From Candidatus Thorarchaeota archaeon SMTZ1-45 (GTDB taxonomy: Archaea > Asgardarchaeota > Thorarchaeia > Thorarchaeales > Thorarchaeaceae), in NCBI GenBank assembly GCA_001563335.1, contig LRSL01000095.1, forward strand, positions 14,586-78,585: a stretch of DNA of 64,000 nt, written 5' to 3'. Below, one piece after another: positions 30,235-39,847 of the stretch. The position numbers were made by a program, and so were the translations under genes. Within the stretch, counting starts at the first letter, position 1. Every line of letters starts with the position of its first letter. Under the pieces are notes generated by a model. That model ran no database searches and had not been told where the DNA came from. It saw only the letters and a list, made by a program, of their open reading frames with translations.

Positions 30235-31398
30235 ATGACAATAAAGAGAAGAGTTGCAGTCATTGGAGCTGGCATCACACTGTTCAGAAGAAGGTTGAAA
30301 GAAACTGGGAAAGAACTCTCCTACCATGCATCGAAGATGGCATTGGATTCTGCAGAGATGAACCTCAGTGAGATTGAGAGTGTTGTGATGGGAACCGCGC
30401 CCGACGCGTTCGATGGAATTCACATGAAATCGGAGAACCTGCTTGATGGAGCAGGAGGAACCGGACGACCCTATATGCGCCCCTTTGTGGGTGGTGGTAC
30501 TGGTGTGTTTGCACCCATTGCTGGATGGTGGCATGTAGCTTCAGGTCTTTATGATACATGCCTGGTCGTGGCTGAAGAGAAAATGAGTCCAGTACAACCA
30601 CATCCCCAGACCGCCTTTCGTACTATCTGGGACCCAATCATCACGAGACCGCTTCAACCTAATCTTGTCTGGATCTTCGCCCTCGAGATGAACCGATACA
30701 TGACGAAACACAACATCCCAAAGGAGCACATCGCTGAGGTTGCAGTTAAGAATAAGAGCAACGCCCTGGACCATCCCAGTGCTCAACTAGCAGCAAAGAT
30801 TACTGTTGAGGACGTAATGAACTCAGAAACAATGGTCTGGCCAGTGCAACGACTGGATATCAGTCCACCAAGCGATGGAGCTGCAGCATTGGTTCTGGCA
30901 TCTGAGGAGGTCGCCAAAAAATACACCGACTCGCCAGTCTGGATTGATGGTGTGGGTTGGTCACTCGATAGTTCGTACTGGACAAATCGAGACCTATACT
31001 ACCCTCAATACGTTGAGGAGGCTGCAAAAATGGCCTACAAGATGGCAAAAATTGATGACCCACCCAACCAGGTATCCTTCGCTGAACCATATGATCCGTT
31101 CACCTACAAAGAGCTTCATCACATGGAAGGGCTTCTCTTGGCAAAGAAGGGAGAGGCACCAAAACTCACCCACGAGGGAGTAACTCAACGTGATGGAAAA
31201 CTACCGATTTGTCCATCTGGTGGTCTACTTGGCGTTGGTAACCCAATAGCCGCTGCTGGATTGATGAAGTGCTGCGAGGCATTCTGGCAACTGCGAAATG
31301 AGGCTGGGAAACGACAGGTCGATGGAGCAGAGACCGGTGTGTGTCAAGCATGGGGAGATCTCATGCAGGTTGGTACAGTGACAGTGTTCAGGAGATGA
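30235..31398 (+). CDS. Thiolase-fold protein, Ltp3-like (no canonical catalytic Cys/His)
   Basis: GTAPDAFDG, FVGGGTG, EEKMS, SPPSDGA and PSGGLLGVGNPIAAAG motifs. Confidence 0.87.
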   Translation: MTIKRRVAVIGAGITLFRRRLKETGKELSYHASKMALDSAEMNLSEIESVVMGTAPDAFDGIHMKSENLLDGAGGTGRPYMRPFVGGGTGVFAPIAGWWHVASGLYDTCLVVAEEKMSPVQPHPQTAFRTIWDPIITRPLQPNLVWIFALEMNRYMTKHNIPKEHIAEVAVKNKSNALDHPSAQLAAKITVEDVMNSETMVWPVQRLDISPPSDGAAALVLASEEVAKKYTDSPVWIDGVGWSLDSSYWTNRDLYYPQYVEEAAKMAYKMAKIDDPPNQVSFAEPYDPFTYKELHHMEGLLLAKKGEAPKLTHEGVTQRDGKLPICPSGGLLGVGNPIAAAGLMKCCEAFWQLRNEAGKRQVDGAETGVCQAWGDLMQVGTVTVFRR

Positions 31399-31922
31399 TG
31401 ACAATGAGTGAGAAGATGAAAGAAGTTCCAGGAATATACCTCCGGGATGCTGAACTCAAGGCAAAAGACGCCATCACGTTCAAGTGGCGTCCAAATGCTA
31501 AATATGTCTGGGCTGGGGGAATTGCATATAGTCGATACTTGGAGGAACTCAAGAATGGTCGTATCATTGGCAGACATTGCAGTGAGTGCGAACGAATTCT
31601 TGTTCCACCAAGGATGTTCTGCGACAAGTGTTTCCGTGCCACAGATGAATGGGTGTATGTCAAGGACACAGGAACCATCAACACCTATTCAGTGTCATAT
31701 CTAGATGCTGATGCCAACCGGATTAAAGAGCCAATCCTCGTTGCAGTCATCGAACTGGATGGTGCGAGCGAGGGCATTGGCATACTCCACTATGTTGACC
31801 CGAAAGTAGATCCGAAAGACCTGCATGTTGGGATGAGACTCAAGGCTGTCTGGAAACCTGAGAAAGAGCGGACTGGATCAGTCACTGATATCGCTTATTT
31901 CGAACCAATAAAGGAGGGCTAG
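31395..31922 (+). CDS. DUF35 Zn-ribbon/OB-fold protein
   Basis: CSEC...PPRMFCDKC, GTINTYS and VGMRLKAVW; ATGA overlap with the thiolase stop. Confidence 0.9.
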   Translation: MMTMSEKMKEVPGIYLRDAELKAKDAITFKWRPNAKYVWAGGIAYSRYLEELKNGRIIGRHCSECERILVPPRMFCDKCFRATDEWVYVKDTGTINTYSVSYLDADANRIKEPILVAVIELDGASEGIGILHYVDPKVDPKDLHVGMRLKAVWKPEKERTGSVTDIAYFEPIKEG

Positions 31923-31926
31923 AGAA

Positions 31927-32397
31927 ATGTCTTTTGATAAGAATACTAATCCATTGAAACTTCATCACGTAATTGGAGATATGGAGGCTGACTATATCTA
32001 TACACCTGGAATTGCAGGTGACAAGTTCTTCAAAACACTACGAGACGAAGGGAAGTTTCTCGCAACTCATTGTGAATCATGCGACCACACCTACCTACCT
32101 CCTCGAATGTACTGCGAGAGGTGCTTCTTAAAGCTTGACAAATGGATCGAAGCAGAATCCACTGGCGTTGTCGACACATTCACCTTAGTGAGTGAAGACA
32201 GTAATGGCGATAAATTAACCGAACCTGTTCTTGTTGCCTTCATCAGGATTGACAAGACGAATGGTGGTGTGATTCATAAACTTGGTGGGATTGATGCTGA
32301 GTCAGCCAAGGTTGGTATGAAGGTCAAGGCGGTTCTGAAGGACAAATCAAAACGCACTGGTGGTCTGACAGATATAGCCCATTTTACACCTCAATGA
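31927..32397 (+). CDS. DUF35 Zn-ribbon/OB-fold protein
   Basis: CESC...PPRMYCERC, GVVDTFT and VGMKVKAV; SD GGAGG. Confidence 0.9.
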   Translation: MSFDKNTNPLKLHHVIGDMEADYIYTPGIAGDKFFKTLRDEGKFLATHCESCDHTYLPPRMYCERCFLKLDKWIEAESTGVVDTFTLVSEDSNGDKLTEPVLVAFIRIDKTNGGVIHKLGGIDAESAKVGMKVKAVLKDKSKRTGGLTDIAHFTPQ

Positions 32398-32414
32398 AAT
32401 AACCAAATATAGAC

Positions 32415-32450
32415 AGAGCTGGTGTGAACCAGCTCTCCTCTAATTTCACT
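32415..32450 (+). terminator. Hairpin plus pyrimidine tail after the thiolase operon
   Basis: AGAGCTGGT-GTGA-ACCAGCTCT perfect 9-bp stem followed by CCTCTAATTTC. Confidence 0.6.
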
Positions 32451-32714
32451 TACAAAACTACGTGTATAGATTGCGATGAGTCAACATGAAATCGTGAAGG
32501 AGATGTGCGCACCTGTCTAAGAATGGGTCAAGACCATTAAGTAGAGATTAATCACAATGAGCTTGTAATCACCAGCTCTCTCTTCTATTTCTCACCGAAT
32601 TTCCAGTTAGCATCCAGTTCAACTAGCATCTTATGCCCAAAAGAAGAAATTATGAATTAGAACGTTTGCTTTTACCGCAAACGTTTTTAATATCCGCAAA
32701 CGTCAGTCCGTTTC

Positions 32715-34520
32715 ATGTCATCAATCAGTCAGGATCGATCTGGAAAAAGAACGCAGATTGCGTTCGCTCTCGTGCTGATTATAACTCTTAGCAGTATCGG
32801 GGTCGCTGTTCATTTCATACCTGTCGCCACCAATAATTTTGACATACAGTGTATGGCTATTGGAGATGATGGAATGGGACCCAATTGTATTCGGGTTGTT
32901 GGACTCTTTGCTCCATTTGATGAAGATCTCACACTTCAAACACTTACATGTGAACCCTCCGTTACTGGACTCAATCCATTAGATACTAAAACGAATGAAT
33001 CATCTTATACTACTCCTTTTCATGGAATCTTATCAATCGATGTCTACGGTGATTTCGTAGCGGGAACTGAGTATCAGTTTACCTTTCAATTCCTCTATGA
33101 TAGCGACAAGGTGAGAACAGTATATTTCGCACCTGTGTTCACGCCAGGTATCCTGAGTACCTACGAAAATACTACTGAGTCCTTTGGTGAACAACGCGTG
33201 TTCTGGACACCTCTATCACAGCCAGAATCCACAGAGTTGAGTGAACTGAATGCTACTCTTCTCGCTGTTGGTGATTCCTGCTATGTCTACATGGCAAACG
33301 AATCGATAGATATCCTCGGAGAAAGCGCAGCAGTATCGAAATGCAGCCAGTTAGGGCAAATATTCGATGATGTAATTTACCCTAAGGCGGTTGAGCTTGC
33401 TGGAAGCCCTGACGGTCATCTCGGAGATATTGATGGCGATCCAAGAGTGACACTCTTCCTTGCACCATTAGTACGGTATATGGGAAATGCGTATTTGGGA
33501 TTTCATGTTCCATGGAATGAATGCCCGTTTCCATTTTCTAACCGGAGAGAAATGGTTTACATTGAAGCTGAAAGGGACTTTGATGAAACTGTATGCATTA
33601 CTATTCATGAATTCAATCACTTGATTTGGGATAATTATGAAACGGACGAAGCAGACTTCCTGATGGAGGGCTTAGCAAATCTTGCTATAGATTACACAGG
33701 GTACTGGTACTATATTACAGATGCAGTCACGACTACTTACACATATCATCCAGAAGTTTCTCTCCTCCATTTCAATAGGTTCTACGGTCGCCTTTGGGAT
33801 GCAAGCTACGGTCAAGCATATCTCTTTGTGACCTATCTTGCTGAACGGTTTGGCATGAGTGCAGTGAGGGATCTTGTGAGCATATGCGAGGATGGTCCAG
33901 CAGCAGTCGAGATTGCGCTTACCAATGCAGGGTATGATCTAACATTCAATGATGTCTACCTTGATTTCATTACTGCATGTGTTTTAGATAACATTGAGAT
34001 TGAGGATGGCATCTATGGATTCGAGTCATGGAACTATACAATCCAAAGTTACACAACCCTACCGAGCAATTACCCAATCATAAGGGAGAACGTCAAGCAT
34101 TATCATTATGGTTTCAATGTATACAGATTGTTCGCACTACCAGACAACTTCACAATTAATATTGAAAAACTACGTCCATACGCCATGGGAGTGGTTGTAG
34201 CTATGAGAAACTCCAGTGGGTGGTATGTGTTTCAATCTCAATTCCATTCAACATCTGGAGCAATCTCCAAGTATATTCAGAGCAACGGGGCTGAAGAAGC
34301 GTATGTGATAACCACTCTAATGTCAGATGAAACTCCGACTGATTTTGAGGATGTATTCGAGCTTGCTGAAATACCATCAGCGAGTCTGGACCTCTCAATC
34401 ACAGAGGGAGATACAGAAGATCAACCAAGACCTGACTTGATTATCATCCCCGTTTCAATTCTGGCAATCGCAGCACTTAGTAGCATCTTCATGGTCGCTA
34501 AAAGGAAAAGATGGAAGTGA
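32715..34520 (+). CDS. Membrane-anchored zinc metallopeptidase (M30/M6-like)
   Basis: N-terminal TM, DIDGDPRV, IHEFNHL...FLMEGLA, SYGQAYLFVTYL, C-terminal TM followed by KRKR. Confidence 0.8.
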   Translation: MSSISQDRSGKRTQIAFALVLIITLSSIGVAVHFIPVATNNFDIQCMAIGDDGMGPNCIRVVGLFAPFDEDLTLQTLTCEPSVTGLNPLDTKTNESSYTTPFHGILSIDVYGDFVAGTEYQFTFQFLYDSDKVRTVYFAPVFTPGILSTYENTTESFGEQRVFWTPLSQPESTELSELNATLLAVGDSCYVYMANESIDILGESAAVSKCSQLGQIFDDVIYPKAVELAGSPDGHLGDIDGDPRVTLFLAPLVRYMGNAYLGFHVPWNECPFPFSNRREMVYIEAERDFDETVCITIHEFNHLIWDNYETDEADFLMEGLANLAIDYTGYWYYITDAVTTTYTYHPEVSLLHFNRFYGRLWDASYGQAYLFVTYLAERFGMSAVRDLVSICEDGPAAVEIALTNAGYDLTFNDVYLDFITACVLDNIEIEDGIYGFESWNYTIQSYTTLPSNYPIIRENVKHYHYGFNVYRLFALPDNFTINIEKLRPYAMGVVVAMRNSSGWYVFQSQFHSTSGAISKYIQSNGAEEAYVITTLMSDETPTDFEDVFELAEIPSASLDLSITEGDTEDQPRPDLIIIPVSILAIAALSSIFMVAKRKRWK

Positions 34521-35425
34521 ATGGATTGGGCAATTGGAATCTGCGAGATTATATTGAAACAATCAAGCTTAGCGTTCGCTTCACAAAAACATACTATCTC
34601 TCTATCTTCTTAGCGATACTAGGTGTCTTCGTGATAACCATAAGCTTGTTTCTATTGATAGTATTCATTGGAACCATTCCCATTTCGATTGTCTATGGGC
34701 CTTTTGATGAGATATTCGATGCCTTCGACTATATAGGAGTTGCATTGTCTGGAGCGAACAGTGTCGAAGCAGTCGGAATTGTTCTGTTTGTGGGTTCCGC
34801 ACTTTTTGCACCGTTTTTAATTGCTCTGGGTGCACTGTTTGGGATTGGGCAGGAAATTTTTGAGAGTGGATCAACAACTGCTGAGGATGCGCTGCTCTGG
34901 TATCGGCAGAAATTCACTCGTCTGGCAGCTGGAGGAATTGTCCAGTTTCTCTATATAATTGGTCCAATCGGGATAGAGTACATCCTTACAGTATGGTATT
35001 TCGGAAACCAGGTGGTGGATAGTACCTCGCTAATGCTTCTGATCATCATAGCTATTGTCTGGTTTTTAATTAGTTCAGGAATGCTGTCAATGGTATTTCC
35101 CTTGATAGTTGATGGCATGTCTATTTCCGCATCCATCAAACACTCAATAAGGCTGACTTGGAACAACCTTAGTGCTGTATTCTCAATCTGGATTACATTC
35201 TCATCTTTGGGTTTGCTGATACTCGGACCCATCATTGCCCAAGAGCTTGCTGATTTTCCAATAATTGCAGAACAATGGTATGATTTGTATGTGCTTACAT
35301 CAGCTGTCCTGATTTTTCTGTTACTACTACCGGTCTATGTGCTCTCTACATCGAGAACTTACCTCATTATTTCAGACCCGAATATCAAAGAAGCACAGGA
35401 AGTTCACACTAAGGAGGTTCAGTAG
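34511..35425 (+). CDS. Multi-pass membrane protein
   Basis: About 6 TM helices; SISASIKHSIRL motif typical of DUF7847/GDPD-membrane-like proteins. Confidence 0.75.
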   Translation: MEVNGLGNWNLRDYIETIKLSVRFTKTYYLSIFLAILGVFVITISLFLLIVFIGTIPISIVYGPFDEIFDAFDYIGVALSGANSVEAVGIVLFVGSALFAPFLIALGALFGIGQEIFESGSTTAEDALLWYRQKFTRLAAGGIVQFLYIIGPIGIEYILTVWYFGNQVVDSTSLMLLIIIAIVWFLISSGMLSMVFPLIVDGMSISASIKHSIRLTWNNLSAVFSIWITFSSLGLLILGPIIAQELADFPIIAEQWYDLYVLTSAVLIFLLLLPVYVLSTSRTYLIISDPNIKEAQEVHTKEVQ

Positions 35426-35426
35426 G

Positions 35427-36059
35427 ATGAATCACGTGAATGAATCTCATCAGATGAAAGACCTTGAGATTATTTCCGATCCAAACACTATCAAAGTTCT
35501 CTTTGATAAGATACGTGCACTGATTGTTTTCAAATATCTTGTTAATCAGGAGATGACAGTCAAGCAGCTCGCAGATGCCATAGGGAAGAATCCAGGAAAT
35601 GTATTACGTCATATCGAACGGCTAAAGAGTGTTGGTCTGGTTCAGCAGGTTAGGACTGAAAAGACTACAACTGGAATTGTTCAGCGATACTATAGAGCTA
35701 CAGCACGAGAATACCGTTTAGGTATTGCAGATATGATAAAGGCAAATGGTGGAATTAAGACTTATGCGAAAGACCGACTCCGCAATATGATATTGGGGCT
35801 TGAAGCATATGGGGTTAGTATTCCTGAGTCAAGGATGAACGCTGCACTTAGTATACTTGAGGAGTTAATTGAACGAGAGAACCAAATCAGCTCTGAAATT
35901 GCAATCGTCAATGAAGAATTTTGGAACATCTTGCCAACACACCAACAGGAAGATGCATCCCGACTGATGAGAGATGTAATGCTGACACGAGATGATGAAT
36001 ATCTGAAACTAAAAGATGAATGGTGGTCTTTGGTAATGTCGTTTCACAAAACCAAATAA
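35427..36059 (+). CDS. ArsR-family winged-helix regulator
   Basis: EMTVKQLADAIGKNPGNVLRHIERL...QRYYRATA; start at ATG 35427 after AAGGAGG. Confidence 0.85.
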   Translation: MNHVNESHQMKDLEIISDPNTIKVLFDKIRALIVFKYLVNQEMTVKQLADAIGKNPGNVLRHIERLKSVGLVQQVRTEKTTTGIVQRYYRATAREYRLGIADMIKANGGIKTYAKDRLRNMILGLEAYGVSIPESRMNAALSILEELIERENQISSEIAIVNEEFWNILPTHQQEDASRLMRDVMLTRDDEYLKLKDEWWSLVMSFHKTK

Positions 36060-36180
36060 GAAGAAAATAATGAACCTCGAGAAAGAGTTCTCAAGCTCTA
36101 TTCTCATATTCTTCCTTAGCATCATAATTTCCGACAAACTTACAAGTGAAAAGCAGGTTGCGCTCTGGTAGGCGAAGCCT

Positions 36181-36570
36181 TTGACTTCTATTGAAAATCT
36201 CAATAAGACACTCGGAAATATCCTATTAATTTGGAGTATCTCTTGTATCATAGTTGGTATTGCACTCTATTTCTTCTCTTTTGATCCACTACTTCAAGGA
36301 ATAGGCTTCGAAGCAATGCTCTGGGGTTTGATTAACCTCGTAATCGCGTACAAACTACTAAAACGGAAAGAGCACGTTCTAGAGAAAATCAGACGAGAAC
36401 TATCCATAAGCCTTGGTCTAGATCTCATCTACCCGATCATCGGTCTACCACTTATCTTCTTGGGGCAAGATGCATATCTCGTAGGAAATGGATATGGAAT
36501 AATCATCCAAGGAGCGTTTCTATTAGTACTAGACCTATCCTATCACAGGAGATTCAAGCAACTTGCCTGA
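36181..36570 (+). CDS. Small 4-TM membrane protein (DUF6992-like), paralog A
   Basis: LQGIG...LWGLI...LGLDL...GNGYGIIIQGAFLLVLD; paralog of 48434-48844. Confidence 0.8.
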   Translation: MTSIENLNKTLGNILLIWSISCIIVGIALYFFSFDPLLQGIGFEAMLWGLINLVIAYKLLKRKEHVLEKIRRELSISLGLDLIYPIIGLPLIFLGQDAYLVGNGYGIIIQGAFLLVLDLSYHRRFKQLA

Positions 36571-36747
36571 AGAAGAAGTCGGTTTCTAATTGAAAATGTG
36601 GTCAGAAAAATGATTCTGTCTTTGAATAAATTAGGTGTTGCGGACAAAAGCTAGGATTAGATTCCGCCAACTCTCGTGATTTTACAAAGACATATCTAGA
36701 GTTTCTTACAAGCGGTTACAAGATTTCGCAATAATTGGGGGATTAAT

Positions 36748-38484
36748 ATGAAGCGAGCGAGTTTGGTTTCTTTAGGTATGCTAATCATTTCAACACTCTA
36801 TGTTACAAGTGGTTTCCAATTAGCCATATTCCCGGGATTCGAATATACAACTCCTTACAATTTAAAAGATGTTTTCGCGGAGTCGTACATTGGTCATGAT
36901 CCAATCAATATTCGTAATGACACAGATTTTAAGAGTCAAGCTGATAGCGAAGGCTGGGAGGGCAACGGTACCTTATCATTTCCATATGTCATCGAGTCAT
37001 ATACGATTATTTCAGGTGTTGAATACTCTATTCAAATCACCGATGTATCATCATACTTTGTGATACGCAATTGTATTTTTACAAACAGCTTCAGGGGTTC
37101 ATATGGGGTTAGATTAGAAAATGCAACCTACGGCCACTTATTCGATTGCGAAGTCAGCAAACAAGTTTATGGTGTCTATGTTTATGAATCGCCGGGACTT
37201 GCTATTGATAATGTGACCGTTTGGGACTGCAATGATACTGGTTTATACATCACATACTCTGCAGGTTGTAGCATAACTGCATGTAATGTGACTGATTCTG
37301 ACATAAATATAGCAATTGACAACTCTCCATCTTGCGAAGTCATTAATAATGTCATATATGGGAGTCTGAACGGTCCGGGTTTAGGTGTCACATATTCTGG
37401 CTTGACTATAGTGAGTCAGAACCAAATCTATGATAATTCTGAGAATGGTGTCTGGTTGACAAACTCAGACAATTGTATTCTTACAAATAATATGATTTAC
37501 AACAATACTATTCATGGTTTGTATAGTGAAACATCAGATTTTGTTGAAGTAAACGCGAATGAAATCTGGGGTAATGGATGGTATCCAACAGAATCACTGT
37601 CCAATGGTATCCATACAGAGTCTTGCGATTATTGGACCATTCTTGGTAATCAAATATGGAATAACACAGAGAGCGGAGTTTTTCTGATGTCCTCCGAATA
37701 TGGGAATATTGTTAGTAATGTTGTTTTTGATAACAATTTCACAGGTATTTTCTCTGATCATTCATTATCGCAATTCATCAGCGATAACATCGCATATCGA
37801 AATGAAATTGGAATCTATAGCACTGACATGAATGCTCGAATAATAGACAATATTGTTTTTGACAATGTATTCGGGATTGGCATGTTGGGTAGTTCGACTT
37901 GCTGGGTCCATAGTAATGATATTGGGTGGAATTTTGATGATAACGCCTATGATGTTGGTGGATTTGATAATAATTGGTATATGAATTGGTATTCAGATTT
38001 CTCTGGTCAGGGAAACTATACAATCACACAACCTGATGTTTTCGATATGTATCCATCCAAGAGTTTGGAAATCAATTCATCGACTCCTCAAGAATATAAT
38101 TATGGCACGAGTGGAAACAGAATCTTCTTCCCAGCTCAAGCTTTGAATCCGAAGGAGTATGAAGTATATGTAAACGATAATTTACTCTATCACAAAACCT
38201 GGGATGGTACTGATATTGAGATAGATGTTGATGGGTTTGATGTAGGTAACTATGAGATTACAGTTGCAGTTTATCATGTATCGGGTCATTCTACTAATGC
38301 AACTTCAGCGCTGTATGTACTGGCTCCTACTACAACTGCTCCTACTATCCCCACAACAACTTCTCCCATAACACAACCGCCTCCCGATGGTATCAATTTG
38401 ATAATTGTCGTTATTGGTGGAGGTGCTATCGCTGTTGTCATTATTATTGTAGTACTGATGCGAAGGCGCCTTAGTCAGGATTGA
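36748..38484 (+). CDS. Cell-surface right-handed parallel beta-helix (NosD-like) protein
   Basis: Signal peptide, HDPINI...GNGTLSFPYVIE, repeated N-x-I-x-x-N...GI-x-L units, Thr/Pro linker, C-terminal TM followed by RRR. Confidence 0.87.
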   Translation: MKRASLVSLGMLIISTLYVTSGFQLAIFPGFEYTTPYNLKDVFAESYIGHDPINIRNDTDFKSQADSEGWEGNGTLSFPYVIESYTIISGVEYSIQITDVSSYFVIRNCIFTNSFRGSYGVRLENATYGHLFDCEVSKQVYGVYVYESPGLAIDNVTVWDCNDTGLYITYSAGCSITACNVTDSDINIAIDNSPSCEVINNVIYGSLNGPGLGVTYSGLTIVSQNQIYDNSENGVWLTNSDNCILTNNMIYNNTIHGLYSETSDFVEVNANEIWGNGWYPTESLSNGIHTESCDYWTILGNQIWNNTESGVFLMSSEYGNIVSNVVFDNNFTGIFSDHSLSQFISDNIAYRNEIGIYSTDMNARIIDNIVFDNVFGIGMLGSSTCWVHSNDIGWNFDDNAYDVGGFDNNWYMNWYSDFSGQGNYTITQPDVFDMYPSKSLEINSSTPQEYNYGTSGNRIFFPAQALNPKEYEVYVNDNLLYHKTWDGTDIEIDVDGFDVGNYEITVAVYHVSGHSTNATSALYVLAPTTTAPTIPTTTSPITQPPPDGINLIIVVIGGGAIAVVIIIVVLMRRRLSQD

Positions 38485-38790
38485 GTGAAGATGAGGCTTT
38501 CTTGTGAAAATCTGACTTCTTGATTCATGGGACATAGTTTTCGGGATACCAGTGAAGGTTGTCTGGACGCCAAAGAACGAACGATAGGGAACCGTCACTT
38601 ACTTCTGGTTCGAACCAGCTGATGGTTAGAAACCAAGACCGATGAATCCAGAGAAGGAGCGTATGAAGGAACTCTGCTCTAGGCGACGAATTTATCAAGT
38701 CCATGTTATAGAACAACCGGAAAAGGAGCTTACACTCATTTTCTCTTAATTTGCAAATATACAATAGATACGACTTGTGTGTGAGTCAAT

Positions 38791-39470
38791 ATGCCAAGTG
38801 ATGAGTGGAACTACTTTGTCGAGAACTACTTTGGCGACCCCTATATGATGTGGCCTGATGGGATTGATGAGAAATCAGTCATCCCACTCAAGGATAAAGA
38901 GCGGGAAACTGCTGAAGACATGCTCATCAAGTCTCTTGAAGAAGGGAGCCACTATGGTGCTATAGGTCTCCGAGAGTTGAGATCCACAAAGGCAGTTCCA
39001 ATCCTCGAGGAACAATTAGGGATGAACAATGGGACTCTCGCGGTTGAGATTGCTGTAGCCCTTTGCATTATCAAAAATACTCTGGAGTACCTTCCTCACA
39101 TCCTTGTGGCTCTCAAGTTATCCCCTTTTGGTCGGATAGGATTTATGTAGCATGAGCACTGCGACGTTTTCCCACCGAAGAGATTGTAGAGGCTTTGTTT
39201 GAATCTGTTGCAAAGGACCATGAGTATTTAGTCCGGAATCACGCCTCGGAAACTATACTCTTCCTCCACGGTCTTCAACCCTCTATCACTATGCATGAAG
39301 AAATCTTCAAGCACATGATTGTCGAGTTTGACAAGGCTAATGATGCGTCGATTGATAATGCACTCGCTTACTACAAGATGTGTGCTGATATGTTGCGTGA
39401 TCTGATTGAGAAGAAAGGAATTCTAAGGACCGGTCCAATAATTGAGAATATCTGGAACTGGGAACAATAA
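38791..39470 (+). pseudogene. HEAT-repeat protein pseudogene (paralog of 50669-51349)
   Basis: Both fragments align with the intact paralog; 1-nt deletion in T4 (39126-39129) plus in-frame TGA 39153-39155 where the paralog has Arg (ARALRRFP). Confidence 0.87.
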
Positions 39471-39847
39471 TAGCTTAAGAAAGAGAGAAGAGGTGAATAC
39501 TCCCTGTGAACTCTCATAGAGAGATCTGTTCCTCACTCCTGATGCATGACAAAACCCCGCTATGGTAGTACTCAGAATTTCTTAGTGGGATAATACTCCT
39601 TGACATAATTCGGATATGAGTCTGAAAAACCAAGAATCTCATATCTTATGATAATGCGCAAACGTCCTAGCTAGAACTGCATGCAACTCGTGCTTCAGAT
39701 ATTCATCTTATAACTTTCATATTCTTCAGCACAATCTGATCAATCCTCTCGGTGATAATTACGAACTCATAATACAAGAACCTACATTATTAACAGCAGA
39801 TATGAAGAAAGCTAGAGTTTTTAGTATGATATTATCGCAAATGAGGT

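Noticed and set aside
36070-36180. Upstream in-frame ORF ending in TAG that could extend the 36181 gene
   Set aside because: The paralog at 48434 starts at the position equivalent to 36181, so the upstream open frame is probably chance.
38525-38764. 79-aa minus-strand ORF
   Set aside because: No recognisable motif or SD; it may be a remnant but cannot be supported.
39153-39155. In-frame TGA as selenocysteine
   Set aside because: It aligns with Arg in the intact paralog and accompanies a frameshift, consistent with CGA/AGA->TGA decay.
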